The translations under genes were made by a program, and so were the position numbers. From positions 94,435 through 158,434 of IMG/VR virus record IMGVR_UViG_3300035703_000016: 64,000 bases of DNA; one strand, given 5' to 3'. The notes under the pieces were generated by a model. It did not search any database. It was given only the letters and a program-made list of their open reading frames with translations, and was not told the DNA's origin. The DNA comes from a virus. Below are positions 11,401 to 19,446 of this stretch, in pieces (position 1 is the first letter of the stretch; each line of letters opens with the position of its first letter).

Positions 11401-11554
11401 TATCTCCTGTGATACAAATTATGCTATCATCTGTTTTAGTCGACTTTATATAATTTGCTACTCTATCAAAAACTCTTCTGTATTCTCCATGTCTTTTAAA
11501 GTTTCTAATATGAATATCAGATAAATGATATATTTTTTTAATAGCGCTTATCAT
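8426..11554 (-). CDS. Fused Mre11/SbcD nuclease - Rad50/SbcC ATPase (gp47-gp46-like)
   Basis: DIH, GDIVH, GNHD, LGDIH, YPGS phosphoesterase motifs; Walker A NASGKSS; coiled coil with CEFC zinc hook; LSSGMEK signature; IDEGFG; ISH. Confidence 0.92.
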   Translation of the reverse strand: MISAIKKIYHLSDIHIRNFKRHGEYRRVFDRVANYIKSTKTDDSIICITGDIVHSKTDITPELVEETQHFFKLMSSILPTIIIPGNHDANLNNNHRMDSLTPIINAMGDTNIIYLKDSGVYKIGDINFVHWSVFDDVKTYTKANQVESGYKICFFHGPVNNSSTEGEFFLSGYNLSVDDFDGFDLTLLGDIHKTQFLNEKKTIGYPGSLIQQSHSEGLDHGIFVWDVEKRSAEYIQIKNDTAFYTLYIENGIYLDLPDNLPKNLYLRLRSKNTPPSQIKEIASEIRKTRNIIEITHQIMNDVSGITSHSNSNAINVRDISYQNDILAKYLKSKYNLQKEDISKICELNVSINNKLPKIEVTRNIQWSPKRLEFSNMFSYGEGNVIDFTNMGGIYGIFAQNASGKSSSIEALVYCLFDKCSKTSKAGLVMNNKSREFSCKLDFELDRKTYTIERKASYRPKSENVKQDVEFYYIGEDDVKVSLNGEDRFSTNAKIREIIGSYEDFILTCMSMQNNNTGFIDMGQSDRKDLLAQFLDIKVYEDLYLTASEEIKEYSVLIKEYKKVDHFTKLQENEEKIKVYHSQYKKLEKEKKEIETKIEKQNDKLIKLNSKILQIDSKILDISGLQEKKELYISKIEKINIDLNNDKNIIIELKKDSETIQSEILKHDFLEIEDLKKQLQETQAEEKRMTLYVEKLKADLKNKLEKMKKLENLKYDENCEFCMDNIFVKDAIQTRDSIENDKIEAKTVVDNLKLIRENIEIYKKTVDNYDILQNNLSRKKNDILKIESNVNRLTLELHQASESIKSIEDIVNQYKKKETAIKSNQEILNKVLECQKEIEESKNKLSIVSNSIIRYNTDIKLLEIEIENSKKSISNLKSIEEKYKYYEYYLLATGRDGLPYDIITSIIPRIQEDVNNVLSQIVDFKIAIESDGKNINAYIEYDESRKWPIELSSGMEKFILTLAIRTSLINITSLPRPNFLAIDEGFGALDQSNMSNISVLLEYLKTQFKFIIMISHIDTIRDVVDNHIEITKESSGFSKVYHT

Positions 11555-12513
11555 AATGATTTTTCAATTTTTAATTTTAATAATTTAGATACTGTAATTG
11601 GCTGTGAAAATTGCAATTTTTCAATCATTTTTTCAAATCCAATTTTTGAAGGATCTTTATCCTCTAGCTCAATTAAATAAACTTCTTTTCCGTAATCTAA
11701 TAATTGTTGAGCATGATCAATTGATTCTTTTATTGCGTCTTCATCTAAAGCTAGATATATTGTTTTAACTTCTGGCTGTAGTAATTTTATCATTAGAGCT
11801 TTAGAAATAGTTTTTCCAAAAAGAGGAATAGCATTTCTTTTTATAGCCATTGCATCAAATATTCCTTCACATAATATTACTGGAACACTCCAATTTATAA
11901 AGTATTCAAATCCAATAATTTCTGATTTAGTACAAGAAGGAGCATCTATTTTTTGAATAGGATTTTTTTCAAAGGATCTAGCTATAAAATAATTTAATCT
12001 ACCTCTACTATCATAAGAAGGAATAATTACTTTATTTTTATATCTTCCAGTTGAACAATATCCAATATTATATTTTTGAATATCTGACAATGTAATTTGT
12101 CTAGACTTTAAATAAGAAATAGCATGTCTTTTTTCTAAAGAATTGTCATTGTCTTTTGATAAACTTATAAACTCCTTTGGAATAATTATAGAGATAATCT
12201 CTTTTTCCTCTTCTATTTTTGAAAAATTACTTGGAAAATAATTTCTCATTTCTATAATAGCTTCATTTGGTACTTTAATTTTTTTAAATAAAGATACTGG
12301 AGATTTTCCACTTGTTTTTGGATGACAAGTAAAGCAATTATAGACTCCAGAAATAACATTTACCATTAGTTTTTCATTCTTATGCTGGCATATAGGACAG
12401 AAATAAGCATAATCCCCCTTAGCTAATTTTTTACCTTTTCCTAAGTAAACTTCTAATAAACTTTGAACAAATTCTGAATTATCCATATAATTGAATATAT
12501 TAAAAATCCTCAA
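11551..12513 (-). CDS. DNA primase (Zn finger + TOPRIM)
   Basis: CPIC..H..CFTC; YFIARS; ILCEGIFDA; LALDEDA; KDPS. Confidence 0.85.
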   Translation of the reverse strand: MRIFNIFNYMDNSEFVQSLLEVYLGKGKKLAKGDYAYFCPICQHKNEKLMVNVISGVYNCFTCHPKTSGKSPVSLFKKIKVPNEAIIEMRNYFPSNFSKIEEEKEIISIIIPKEFISLSKDNDNSLEKRHAISYLKSRQITLSDIQKYNIGYCSTGRYKNKVIIPSYDSRGRLNYFIARSFEKNPIQKIDAPSCTKSEIIGFEYFINWSVPVILCEGIFDAMAIKRNAIPLFGKTISKALMIKLLQPEVKTIYLALDEDAIKESIDHAQQLLDYGKEVYLIELEDKDPSKIGFEKMIEKLQFSQPITVSKLLKLKIEKSL

Positions 12514-12603
12514 AGAAAAAAATTTTAAAAAAAAAGTGTAAAAATATTTTTTTTATTCGGAAATTTGTTTATATTAGTTCTAGGGGGAGGGGGGAATAGA
12601 GAT

Positions 12604-12697
12604 AGAATATTATAATATATAAATAAAATAAAGAAAAAATAAGAATATACTTAGAATATAAGAATATTATAGTATTATGTTTAATATAGAAGAATAT
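12604..12697 (+). repeat. Five copies of AGAATAT in an AT-rich strand-switch region, next to a G-tract
   Basis: AGAATAT at 12604, 12642, 12653, 12661, 12691; GGGGGAGGGGGG at ~12583-12594. Confidence 0.5.
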
Positions 12698-12835
12698 AAA
12701 AGAAGATATTTATCTAATATAGAGCTGGATTTATTATATTCATATTTAGATATTGAATTAGAAAATATGAATGATGAAGAAAAACAGATTTGGTTAAATA
12801 TTTTAAATAAAATTGATCCAGATAATGAAATATAA
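12677..12835 (+). CDS. Small hypothetical protein (52 aa, not in ORF track)
   Basis: Hand translation MFNIEEYKRRYLSNIELDLLYSYLDIELENMNDEEKQIWLNILNKIDPDNEI; overlaps next start. Confidence 0.55.
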   Translation: MFNIEEYKRRYLSNIELDLLYSYLDIELENMNDEEKQIWLNILNKIDPDNEI

Positions 12836-13151
12836 AATAGTTTTAGCTACTCTAAAAGGTTGTAAATCTTGTGAATCTTTAAAAAATATTCTATTCCAGA
12901 ATAATATTAAATTTATTGATGTTCCATGTGAAAATGATCCTGGAATGTGTGATGAACTTGAAAAATTAACTAAAAGTTCAAAATATCCAATAGCAATAAT
13001 AAAAGATTTAACTAAGAACTTAGATTATGTATATTTCACTGGGATTAATTATAATGAATTAGGGAAAGAAGTAATAATAGATGAAAAATTAAGACTTGTT
13101 TCATATTTAACTCCAGATCAATTAGTTTATAAAATAAATTCAATAAAATGA
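12825..13151 (+). CDS. Glutaredoxin/thioredoxin-like protein
   Basis: TLKGCKSC (CxxC) near N-terminus, KYP cis-Pro motif; ATG at 12825 preferred over TTG at 12813. Confidence 0.7.
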   Translation: MKYKIVLATLKGCKSCESLKNILFQNNIKFIDVPCENDPGMCDELEKLTKSSKYPIAIIKDLTKNLDYVYFTGINYNELGKEVIIDEKLRLVSYLTPDQLVYKINSIK

Positions 13152-13792
13152 AACAATTAACAGAACAAGAATTAATTAGCAATGTAGAAAAATTCTATGA
13201 TCTAATTAAAAAATATCTTCCAGATAATGAAAGAACAAAAAAATTAATAAAATTCTTTAAAGGAATAGAAGTAACGCTGTTAACATCTCCAGCTTCCACT
13301 AAAATAGATCATCATAATTGTTTTGTAGGTGGTTATGTTGAACATGTCAATAGAGTAGTCGAAGCTGCTTTAGTTTTAGATAAAGTATGGGATAGATTTG
13401 GTCAAGTAAAGACGCATACTACAGAAGAATTAGTATTTTCTGCTATAGTTCATGATTTAGGAAAATTAGGAACAAATGATCAACCGTTTTATATTCCACA
13501 AACTTCAGAATGGCATCAAAAAAATCAAGGCAAGTATTTTACTTATAATCCAGAAATTCAACATATGAGAATTGCAGATAGAAGTTTATTTTATTTGCAA
13601 AGAGCTGGGATAGAAGTTAGTGAAAATGAGTATATTGCTATAAAAACCCATGATGGATTATTCGAATCTGGGAATGAAGCATACTTAATAACTCATACTC
13701 CAGAATCAAAAATAAAAGGTAATTTACCACATATTTTACATCAAGCAGATTTTATGGCTTCTAATATAGAAAATCAAATAAATAGATCATGA
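13148..13792 (+). CDS. HD-domain phosphohydrolase (YhaM-like HD)
   Basis: PAS..HH...GGYVEH, VHDLGK, THDG, LHQAD. Confidence 0.85.
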   Translation: MKQLTEQELISNVEKFYDLIKKYLPDNERTKKLIKFFKGIEVTLLTSPASTKIDHHNCFVGGYVEHVNRVVEAALVLDKVWDRFGQVKTHTTEELVFSAIVHDLGKLGTNDQPFYIPQTSEWHQKNQGKYFTYNPEIQHMRIADRSLFYLQRAGIEVSENEYIAIKTHDGLFESGNEAYLITHTPESKIKGNLPHILHQADFMASNIENQINRS

Positions 13793-13980
13793 TAGCTAAC
13801 TGTCAGTGTTGCGGAAAATCATCAGATACACGCCTTGGATTTTGTTTTGATTGTGTAGAATGTGAGTCTGTTTTAGTTGAGGGACTTGATATGAATGACA
13901 ATGAAATTGAAAAATATCCTGGCTTGACAAACTCAATGAATAAACTTAAGTATATTTTGAAAAAATTTAAAGTTATATAA
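13789..13980 (+). CDS. Small Zn-finger protein
   Basis: CQCC...GFCFDC. Confidence 0.55.
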   Translation: MIANCQCCGKSSDTRLGFCFDCVECESVLVEGLDMNDNEIEKYPGLTNSMNKLKYILKKFKVI

Positions 13981-13981
13981 A

Positions 13982-14254
13982 ATGTTGACAACATTATCTA
14001 TAATAATTTGGCCAATAGGTATAATATTCTATATCATTTGGAATTTATTTAGTAAAAATGTGAGACTAGAAGAAATGCTAAATAAACAAGAGACTTTTGT
14101 AAGATCTATTTTAAATTTAGCAGATAATATAGATAAAACAGCTATGAAAATAGATTCCACATTATGGGTATCTTCTGATCCAGAATTAAAAATGATGTTT
14201 GATGATATAAAAGCAATGCAAGAGCATATAAAATCATTTACTAATAAAATATAA
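13982..14254 (+). CDS. Hypothetical membrane-anchored coiled-coil protein
   Basis: Hydrophobic N-terminal helix. Confidence 0.55.
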   Translation: MLTTLSIIIWPIGIIFYIIWNLFSKNVRLEEMLNKQETFVRSILNLADNIDKTAMKIDSTLWVSSDPELKMMFDDIKAMQEHIKSFTNKI

Positions 14255-14257
14255 ATA

Positions 14258-14992
14258 ATGACAGAAGAATCACTATATACCAAAAAAGGGACATTAAGAA
14301 AAAGAAAACCAAAAGTCAAAGTAGAATATTTTACTTTAGAAAATCAAAATGCTATTTTAAAATATCGAACTTTAAAAAATACTTTAGAAAAAGATAAATT
14401 ATATAATGAAAAAATACACGATGCTTTATATAAGTTAGTCGAAAATATTATACACTCTTTTGGATTTTACTATACAGAAGTTGATAACTTAGAAGACTTA
14501 AAATATGAAGTTATATCATTTCTTCTTCAAAAAATACATCTTTACGACGAATCTAAAGGAAAAGCATTTTCTTATTTTGGAACAATAACAAAAAGATATT
14601 TAATTTCTTATTGTCAAAAGAACTACAAAAAGATAATAGAAAAACAAGCTCTTCATAGAGTAGATAACAATATAAATACTGTAGATAGTCTCATATTAGA
14701 AATACCTTCACCAGAATTAGATAGAGCTTCTATAATAGATGAATTAATTGAAAATATAGAAAAAGACTTTGTAAGTATTTTTGATAAAGAAGATGAATTA
14801 AAAGCAGCAGATGCTATATTAGAAATACTAAAAAGACACGAAAATATAGATATATCCAATAAAAAAGCTCTATTTGTTTACGTAAAAGAAATAGCGGATG
14901 TTAAATCAACCTCCATTTCATCAGCAATAAGTAAATTAAAAGTAATTTATAAGAATATTCTAAATAGAAGAATTGAAAAAGATGATTTTTAA
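14258..14992 (+). CDS. Phage late sigma factor (T4 gp55-like)
   Basis: KLVENII...DLKYEVISFLLQKIHLYD..KGKAFSYFGTITKRYLI resembles sigma region 2 (gp55 AFAYFTQI); precedes structural operon. Confidence 0.65.
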   Translation: MTEESLYTKKGTLRKRKPKVKVEYFTLENQNAILKYRTLKNTLEKDKLYNEKIHDALYKLVENIIHSFGFYYTEVDNLEDLKYEVISFLLQKIHLYDESKGKAFSYFGTITKRYLISYCQKNYKKIIEKQALHRVDNNINTVDSLILEIPSPELDRASIIDELIENIEKDFVSIFDKEDELKAADAILEILKRHENIDISNKKALFVYVKEIADVKSTSISSAISKLKVIYKNILNRRIEKDDF

Positions 14993-15000
14993 TATTTATA
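14993..15000 (+). promoter_or_regulatory. Putative late promoter TATTTATA (one of at least 12 copies)
   Basis: Sense-strand TATTTATA 5-25 nt before starts: + strand 14993, 18544, 27968; - strand 985, 4723, 8145, 32871, 41365, 44774, 45298, 54001, 54693. Confidence 0.7.
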
Positions 15001-15015
15001 AATAAATCGTATAAA

Positions 15016-15381
15016 ATGGCTATAGACTTAACTCAAGCTGTATTTGAGGGAAAAAATTTAGAAAGTTTAGTTAAAGAAGTTTATGATAATCATAAAGATC
15101 AAGACCAACTTCTAAAAACAGAAATAAAAAGACTTGCATCTATGATAACAAATCCAGGTGATGCGGTTGTTATAATTCCTATGCTAAAAGGCTTAATGGA
15201 CAGCAGTTTAAAGAATGATGAAACTATACTAAAGCTAGTAAATATATTCCAGAAAGCAGCCGAAAACGTCAAGAAAGATGATTCTGATGATCTGGGTATA
15301 TTAACGGAAAAAGATGTAGAACAATTATTTGAAGAAATAAATGTGATAAAGACAAGTAAACAACTAGTAGATGTCAAATAG
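15016..15381 (+). CDS. Hypothetical protein (late operon)
   Basis: ORF track, TATTTATA upstream. Confidence 0.6.
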   Translation: MAIDLTQAVFEGKNLESLVKEVYDNHKDQDQLLKTEIKRLASMITNPGDAVVIIPMLKGLMDSSLKNDETILKLVNIFQKAAENVKKDDSDDLGILTEKDVEQLFEEINVIKTSKQLVDVK

Positions 15382-16285
15382 TCTAGGTCAATCAATAGGA
15401 TCTTCAAAATATAAAAGCAATAACTCTCCTTTTTATATAGGGAGAGTAACTTCTATTGTATTAAATCCATATTTAGATAATAGTAAAACACCAAATCCAG
15501 ATTATAAATCAGCAGCAGATATAGGTAAAATAAGATTTGACAGAATTTATTCTAGTGTTACTAGCACTAAAAATTCAAATGAAAATAATTTTGCTTATCC
15601 TATATATAGCTTTGTTAAACAATTTCCTTTAATAGGAGAAATAGTCCCTATTTTTTATGGTCCGTCGGATGGTCTAAATGACAATAAAGATAGTCAGAAA
15701 TTATATTACATGCCCGCTTTTGCTTTATGGAATGCAATAAACCATAATGCAATGCCGAATATATTAGAATATAGTCAATTTTTATCAAATTATGCTAAAC
15801 AACCTAATTACGGAGGTTCATCTGGTATTACTCCAGAGTTACCTAAAGGTTACACATTTTCTGAGAATGAAAATGTTAAAAATCTTACCAATTTTGAGGG
15901 TGATTCTATATTAGAAGGAAGATTTGGACAATCTATAAGATTTGGTTCTACAGTAACTAAATTTAAAGGATTTAATCCATGGTCAGATATTGGAGAAAAT
16001 GGATCTCCTATAGTTATAATAAGAAATGGACAGGGCAGAGTAACTAATCCAATAGATAAATTTTCAACTACAGTAGAAGATATAAATTCAGATAATTCTT
16101 CAATATATATGACTTCTGGACAAAGAATAGTTATTGACGATTTAAGTAATTTTCCACTAAATTCTTATAAAAAAGCAGTAGCTTCTACAGAAATATCTTC
16201 TTTGCCTATAGTATTTCAAAAACCATCATCTCAAGATTATTCTTCAGCAAATGATCAAGATAAATATTCATTTAATCAAACATGA
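15371..16285 (+). CDS. Baseplate hub/gp5-like protein, N-terminal part
   Basis: AYP..KQFPLIGEIV OB-fold pattern; FEGDSILEGRFGQSIRFGS; structural context. Confidence 0.6.
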   Translation: MSNSLGQSIGSSKYKSNNSPFYIGRVTSIVLNPYLDNSKTPNPDYKSAADIGKIRFDRIYSSVTSTKNSNENNFAYPIYSFVKQFPLIGEIVPIFYGPSDGLNDNKDSQKLYYMPAFALWNAINHNAMPNILEYSQFLSNYAKQPNYGGSSGITPELPKGYTFSENENVKNLTNFEGDSILEGRFGQSIRFGSTVTKFKGFNPWSDIGENGSPIVIIRNGQGRVTNPIDKFSTTVEDINSDNSSIYMTSGQRIVIDDLSNFPLNSYKKAVASTEISSLPIVFQKPSSQDYSSANDQDKYSFNQT

Positions 16286-16716
16286 TAACTCCAGAATTTC
16301 CATATAAAGGCAATCAGATAATATTATCATCAGATAGAGTTACTCTCCATTCAAAAAAGGATGGAGTTTTTATATTTGGAAAAGCTACCATAGGACTATC
16401 ATCTGTAGGAACTGTAAATATAGATTCAAAAGAGAAAGTGTTAATAGATTCTCCAAAAATAGAATTAGGAAGTAGAGCAGAGCAATTTGGTGAACCAGTT
16501 CCTTTGGGAAATTCTTTACAGTCAATTCTAATTGAAATGAATCAAGCCTTAAGTTTAATTGCTAATTCTATGTCAAAAGCAAATGGAACAAATGATATTA
16601 GTACTGCCAGTTCTCTTTCGACTATACAAGTTGCTGGAAGCACTAGTTTAATATCCTTAAAAGATATTGAACGTAGACTTCAAAATATTCTATCACAAAC
16701 TACATTTACTACATAA
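16282..16716 (+). CDS. Baseplate spike-associated protein (gp5 C-terminal-like)
   Basis: QIILSSDRV, beta-repeats, KIELG...EPVPLGN. Confidence 0.55.
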   Translation: MITPEFPYKGNQIILSSDRVTLHSKKDGVFIFGKATIGLSSVGTVNIDSKEKVLIDSPKIELGSRAEQFGEPVPLGNSLQSILIEMNQALSLIANSMSKANGTNDISTASSLSTIQVAGSTSLISLKDIERRLQNILSQTTFTT

Positions 16717-18539
16717 TGGCTCAAGAAAAACCTATAGCAAATCTATCAGAGCAATTAAATAAAATTAGAGAATCTTTTAGACAATTAAAAAATGTTTCAA
16801 GTTCTCTAGATGAAACTGTAGGAAATAGTAATGCAACTGGGATGGCTGCAGTGTCTAATAATATATGGAAATCTATATTATCTTATTTTAGAAAATTTCC
16901 TGAAATTTTTTTTGGTAAAAGTTCTTCTAAAAATGGTCAAAAATCTTCAAACTGGGCTGATTATGGAATTGCGTATTTAACTGCATTATTGGCGTCATTA
17001 GACTTATGCTCTATAATAAATACAATAGGAAATTTAACTGAGAATTTAAATGGAGCAAAATTTAATCCAAATGAAAATCCGCCTCCAAATGATTTTAAAT
17101 GGAAGGTTCAAAAAACAGCTTATGAAATTCAAGTATCAATAGATTTATTTAATAGAGCGTATTCTCTATCAGCTAATCCAGGATTTACGATATCTACATT
17201 TATATCTTCAGTTTCTCCAAATATTCAAAGATTAACAAGTCAAGAGTATCTTGGATCTGAAGATATGAGAAAAGCTTTCCCTCAAGTAGATCAAATGAAT
17301 AATTGGATTATTGATACTTTGTCTGATTGGCAAAATAATAATACAATATCTAATACAGATAATAAAAAAATAAGTAAGAGATTAAAAGCTATATCTTTAT
17401 TAAGAAGTACATGCATTCTTATTCAAGGATTATCAACCCCAGCAAATTTTTCAAGATATGCTTTATCAGCAGTTGACTCATCTACGTATGATACTATTGA
17501 TAAAATAGGAAAAGATAATTTAGATCCAAAAAAATTAGGAGATACAATAGGAAGCATACAAAGTCTACTAATTCCTATAAATAAGAGTGCGTCTTTTATA
17601 TTAAAATATATACAATATCTACAATTTATAGTTAAAGTTACACTCACTTTAGTAAAAATATTTAGAATATTAATAAACTTTTTTATATTATTACCAATAC
17701 CAAATATGGTTACGACCACTGGAGTAACTACTGGATTATCTAAGAGTGAAAGAAAACTAGATGAATACTTAAAAAACATGATTAAAATACTATCTGAGAT
17801 AAATTTATTTATTTCAATGATAGTTAGTTTGTTGAGAGGATTAACAGCTGTTATAGATCAGATACTTTCAGATTTAGAAATTATATTACAAAAATTTAAA
17901 AATTGTACCAGAGTAAGCGATAATACAAATACAGCTGAAGCTGACACTATAAGAGGACTTGAAGTTATTACTACAGATCTTAAGAATACGAATCAATCTT
18001 TAAAGAATTTTATTTCTAATTATGATTCAAAAAAAGACAATAATAATAAGACATACGAAGGATACACGATAGAAATTAGAATAGAAGATGTATCAGATCA
18101 AAATGTTCTAAAAACAGCTCTTCCTAGAAGATATGGAATAGCTATAGATGGTTCTGGTATACAAGCTGTAAGGTCTGATTATACATTTGCATCAGACGAT
18201 AGTGTAATAATAAATCAAGTAAAATTGCTGCTTACATCTAAAGGACTTATAAAACCTCAAGAGCAATTATTTACAAATGAACAATTAAAAGTTTTAAATG
18301 AAGCTATGGCAGCTATAGAAGATAATTCTATTTCTATGGAAGATATACCTCAACCAGATTCTTTAAATGAATATATAGATATGCCAGATAATGAAAACGA
18401 AAATGATGGATTAGGATTAAATGCTTTTGTAAATAAATTAAGTGGTGGAAAAAGATTGAGAAAAAGAATAAAAGAAAATTTAGCTAAAAGCAGAGAAAAA
18501 TTAAATTCTGATTTAAATTCAGTAAAAAATAATAGATAA
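16716..18539 (+). CDS. Hypothetical virion-associated protein
   Basis: Long helical ORF in baseplate operon. Confidence 0.55.
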   Translation: MAQEKPIANLSEQLNKIRESFRQLKNVSSSLDETVGNSNATGMAAVSNNIWKSILSYFRKFPEIFFGKSSSKNGQKSSNWADYGIAYLTALLASLDLCSIINTIGNLTENLNGAKFNPNENPPPNDFKWKVQKTAYEIQVSIDLFNRAYSLSANPGFTISTFISSVSPNIQRLTSQEYLGSEDMRKAFPQVDQMNNWIIDTLSDWQNNNTISNTDNKKISKRLKAISLLRSTCILIQGLSTPANFSRYALSAVDSSTYDTIDKIGKDNLDPKKLGDTIGSIQSLLIPINKSASFILKYIQYLQFIVKVTLTLVKIFRILINFFILLPIPNMVTTTGVTTGLSKSERKLDEYLKNMIKILSEINLFISMIVSLLRGLTAVIDQILSDLEIILQKFKNCTRVSDNTNTAEADTIRGLEVITTDLKNTNQSLKNFISNYDSKKDNNNKTYEGYTIEIRIEDVSDQNVLKTALPRRYGIAIDGSGIQAVRSDYTFASDDSVIINQVKLLLTSKGLIKPQEQLFTNEQLKVLNEAMAAIEDNSISMEDIPQPDSLNEYIDMPDNENENDGLGLNAFVNKLSGGKRLRKRIKENLAKSREKLNSDLNSVKNNR

Positions 18540-18555
18540 AAGATATTTATAGAAT

Positions 18556-19029
18556 ATGACAAAAACAGATCTTTTTAGAAAAATTATTAGAGAAGAGGTT
18601 CAAAAAGCTCTAAGAGATGAGATGCCTAAAATACTAAAAGAAATAAAAATAAGTTCTAATAATAAAGAAAATTTAAAAGAAAGTACAAAAGACATATATG
18701 GAGTTCCATTAACTCTAAATGAACCAAGAAAACCTCAACCTATCAATAAAAAAGAACTTCCATCTTTTGCAAAAAATCAATCAATAAATAGTTTATTACA
18801 AGAGACTATGTTAAGCATGACAAGCGATGACGCAATGGGATTTGGAGTAAATACTGAAGAAGTGCATCCAATGCAAGTTTTTCAACCTGTAGAAGATAAA
18901 GTAGGAGGAGTGGAAGATATGTTAAGATCAGCAAGACCTTCTGGTAATTTAGAAGCTGTTCAGGTAAATGTAGTTCCAGATTTTAGTGCATTAATGGATA
19001 GACTTATTCAATCAGGTGATATGAAATAA
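18556..19029 (+). CDS. Hypothetical late protein
   Basis: FRKIIREEV N-terminus; TATTTATA upstream. Confidence 0.6.
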   Translation: MTKTDLFRKIIREEVQKALRDEMPKILKEIKISSNNKENLKESTKDIYGVPLTLNEPRKPQPINKKELPSFAKNQSINSLLQETMLSMTSDDAMGFGVNTEEVHPMQVFQPVEDKVGGVEDMLRSARPSGNLEAVQVNVVPDFSALMDRLIQSGDMK

Positions 19030-19030
19030 T

Positions 19031-19441
19031 ATGGCATACGGACTTAAACAAATACCCATAGTTGATTTAAAACCATCTACTGCACTAGGAGTTGCGCTTC
19101 CTTTTCAAGCAAAAAATGTTTTTACTTCTGTATATTCAACAGCAGAACAAACAAAATATAACATGATAAATTTTATGTTAACTGATAGAAGAGAAAGACC
19201 ATTTAATCCAAACTTTGGAGCAGGACTCAGATCTAGATTATTTGAACAAATTACTCAAGATGATTTAGATAATCTAAAACAAACTATAACAAATCAAATA
19301 GAGTCGTATTTTCCAAATGTTCAAGTAAATAAACTAGATGTAATTGGTAATCCTGACGATAATTCTATATCAGTAACAATGTCTTATTCTTTAAAAAATA
19401 TTAAAGTTTCAGACAACCTAGTCATAAAGATACAAAATTAA
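19031..19441 (+). CDS. Baseplate wedge protein, gp25/GPW family
   Basis: LTDRRERPFNPNFGAGL...LFE motif. Confidence 0.85.
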   Translation: MAYGLKQIPIVDLKPSTALGVALPFQAKNVFTSVYSTAEQTKYNMINFMLTDRRERPFNPNFGAGLRSRLFEQITQDDLDNLKQTITNQIESYFPNVQVNKLDVIGNPDDNSISVTMSYSLKNIKVSDNLVIKIQN

Positions 19442-19446
19442 ATGAA

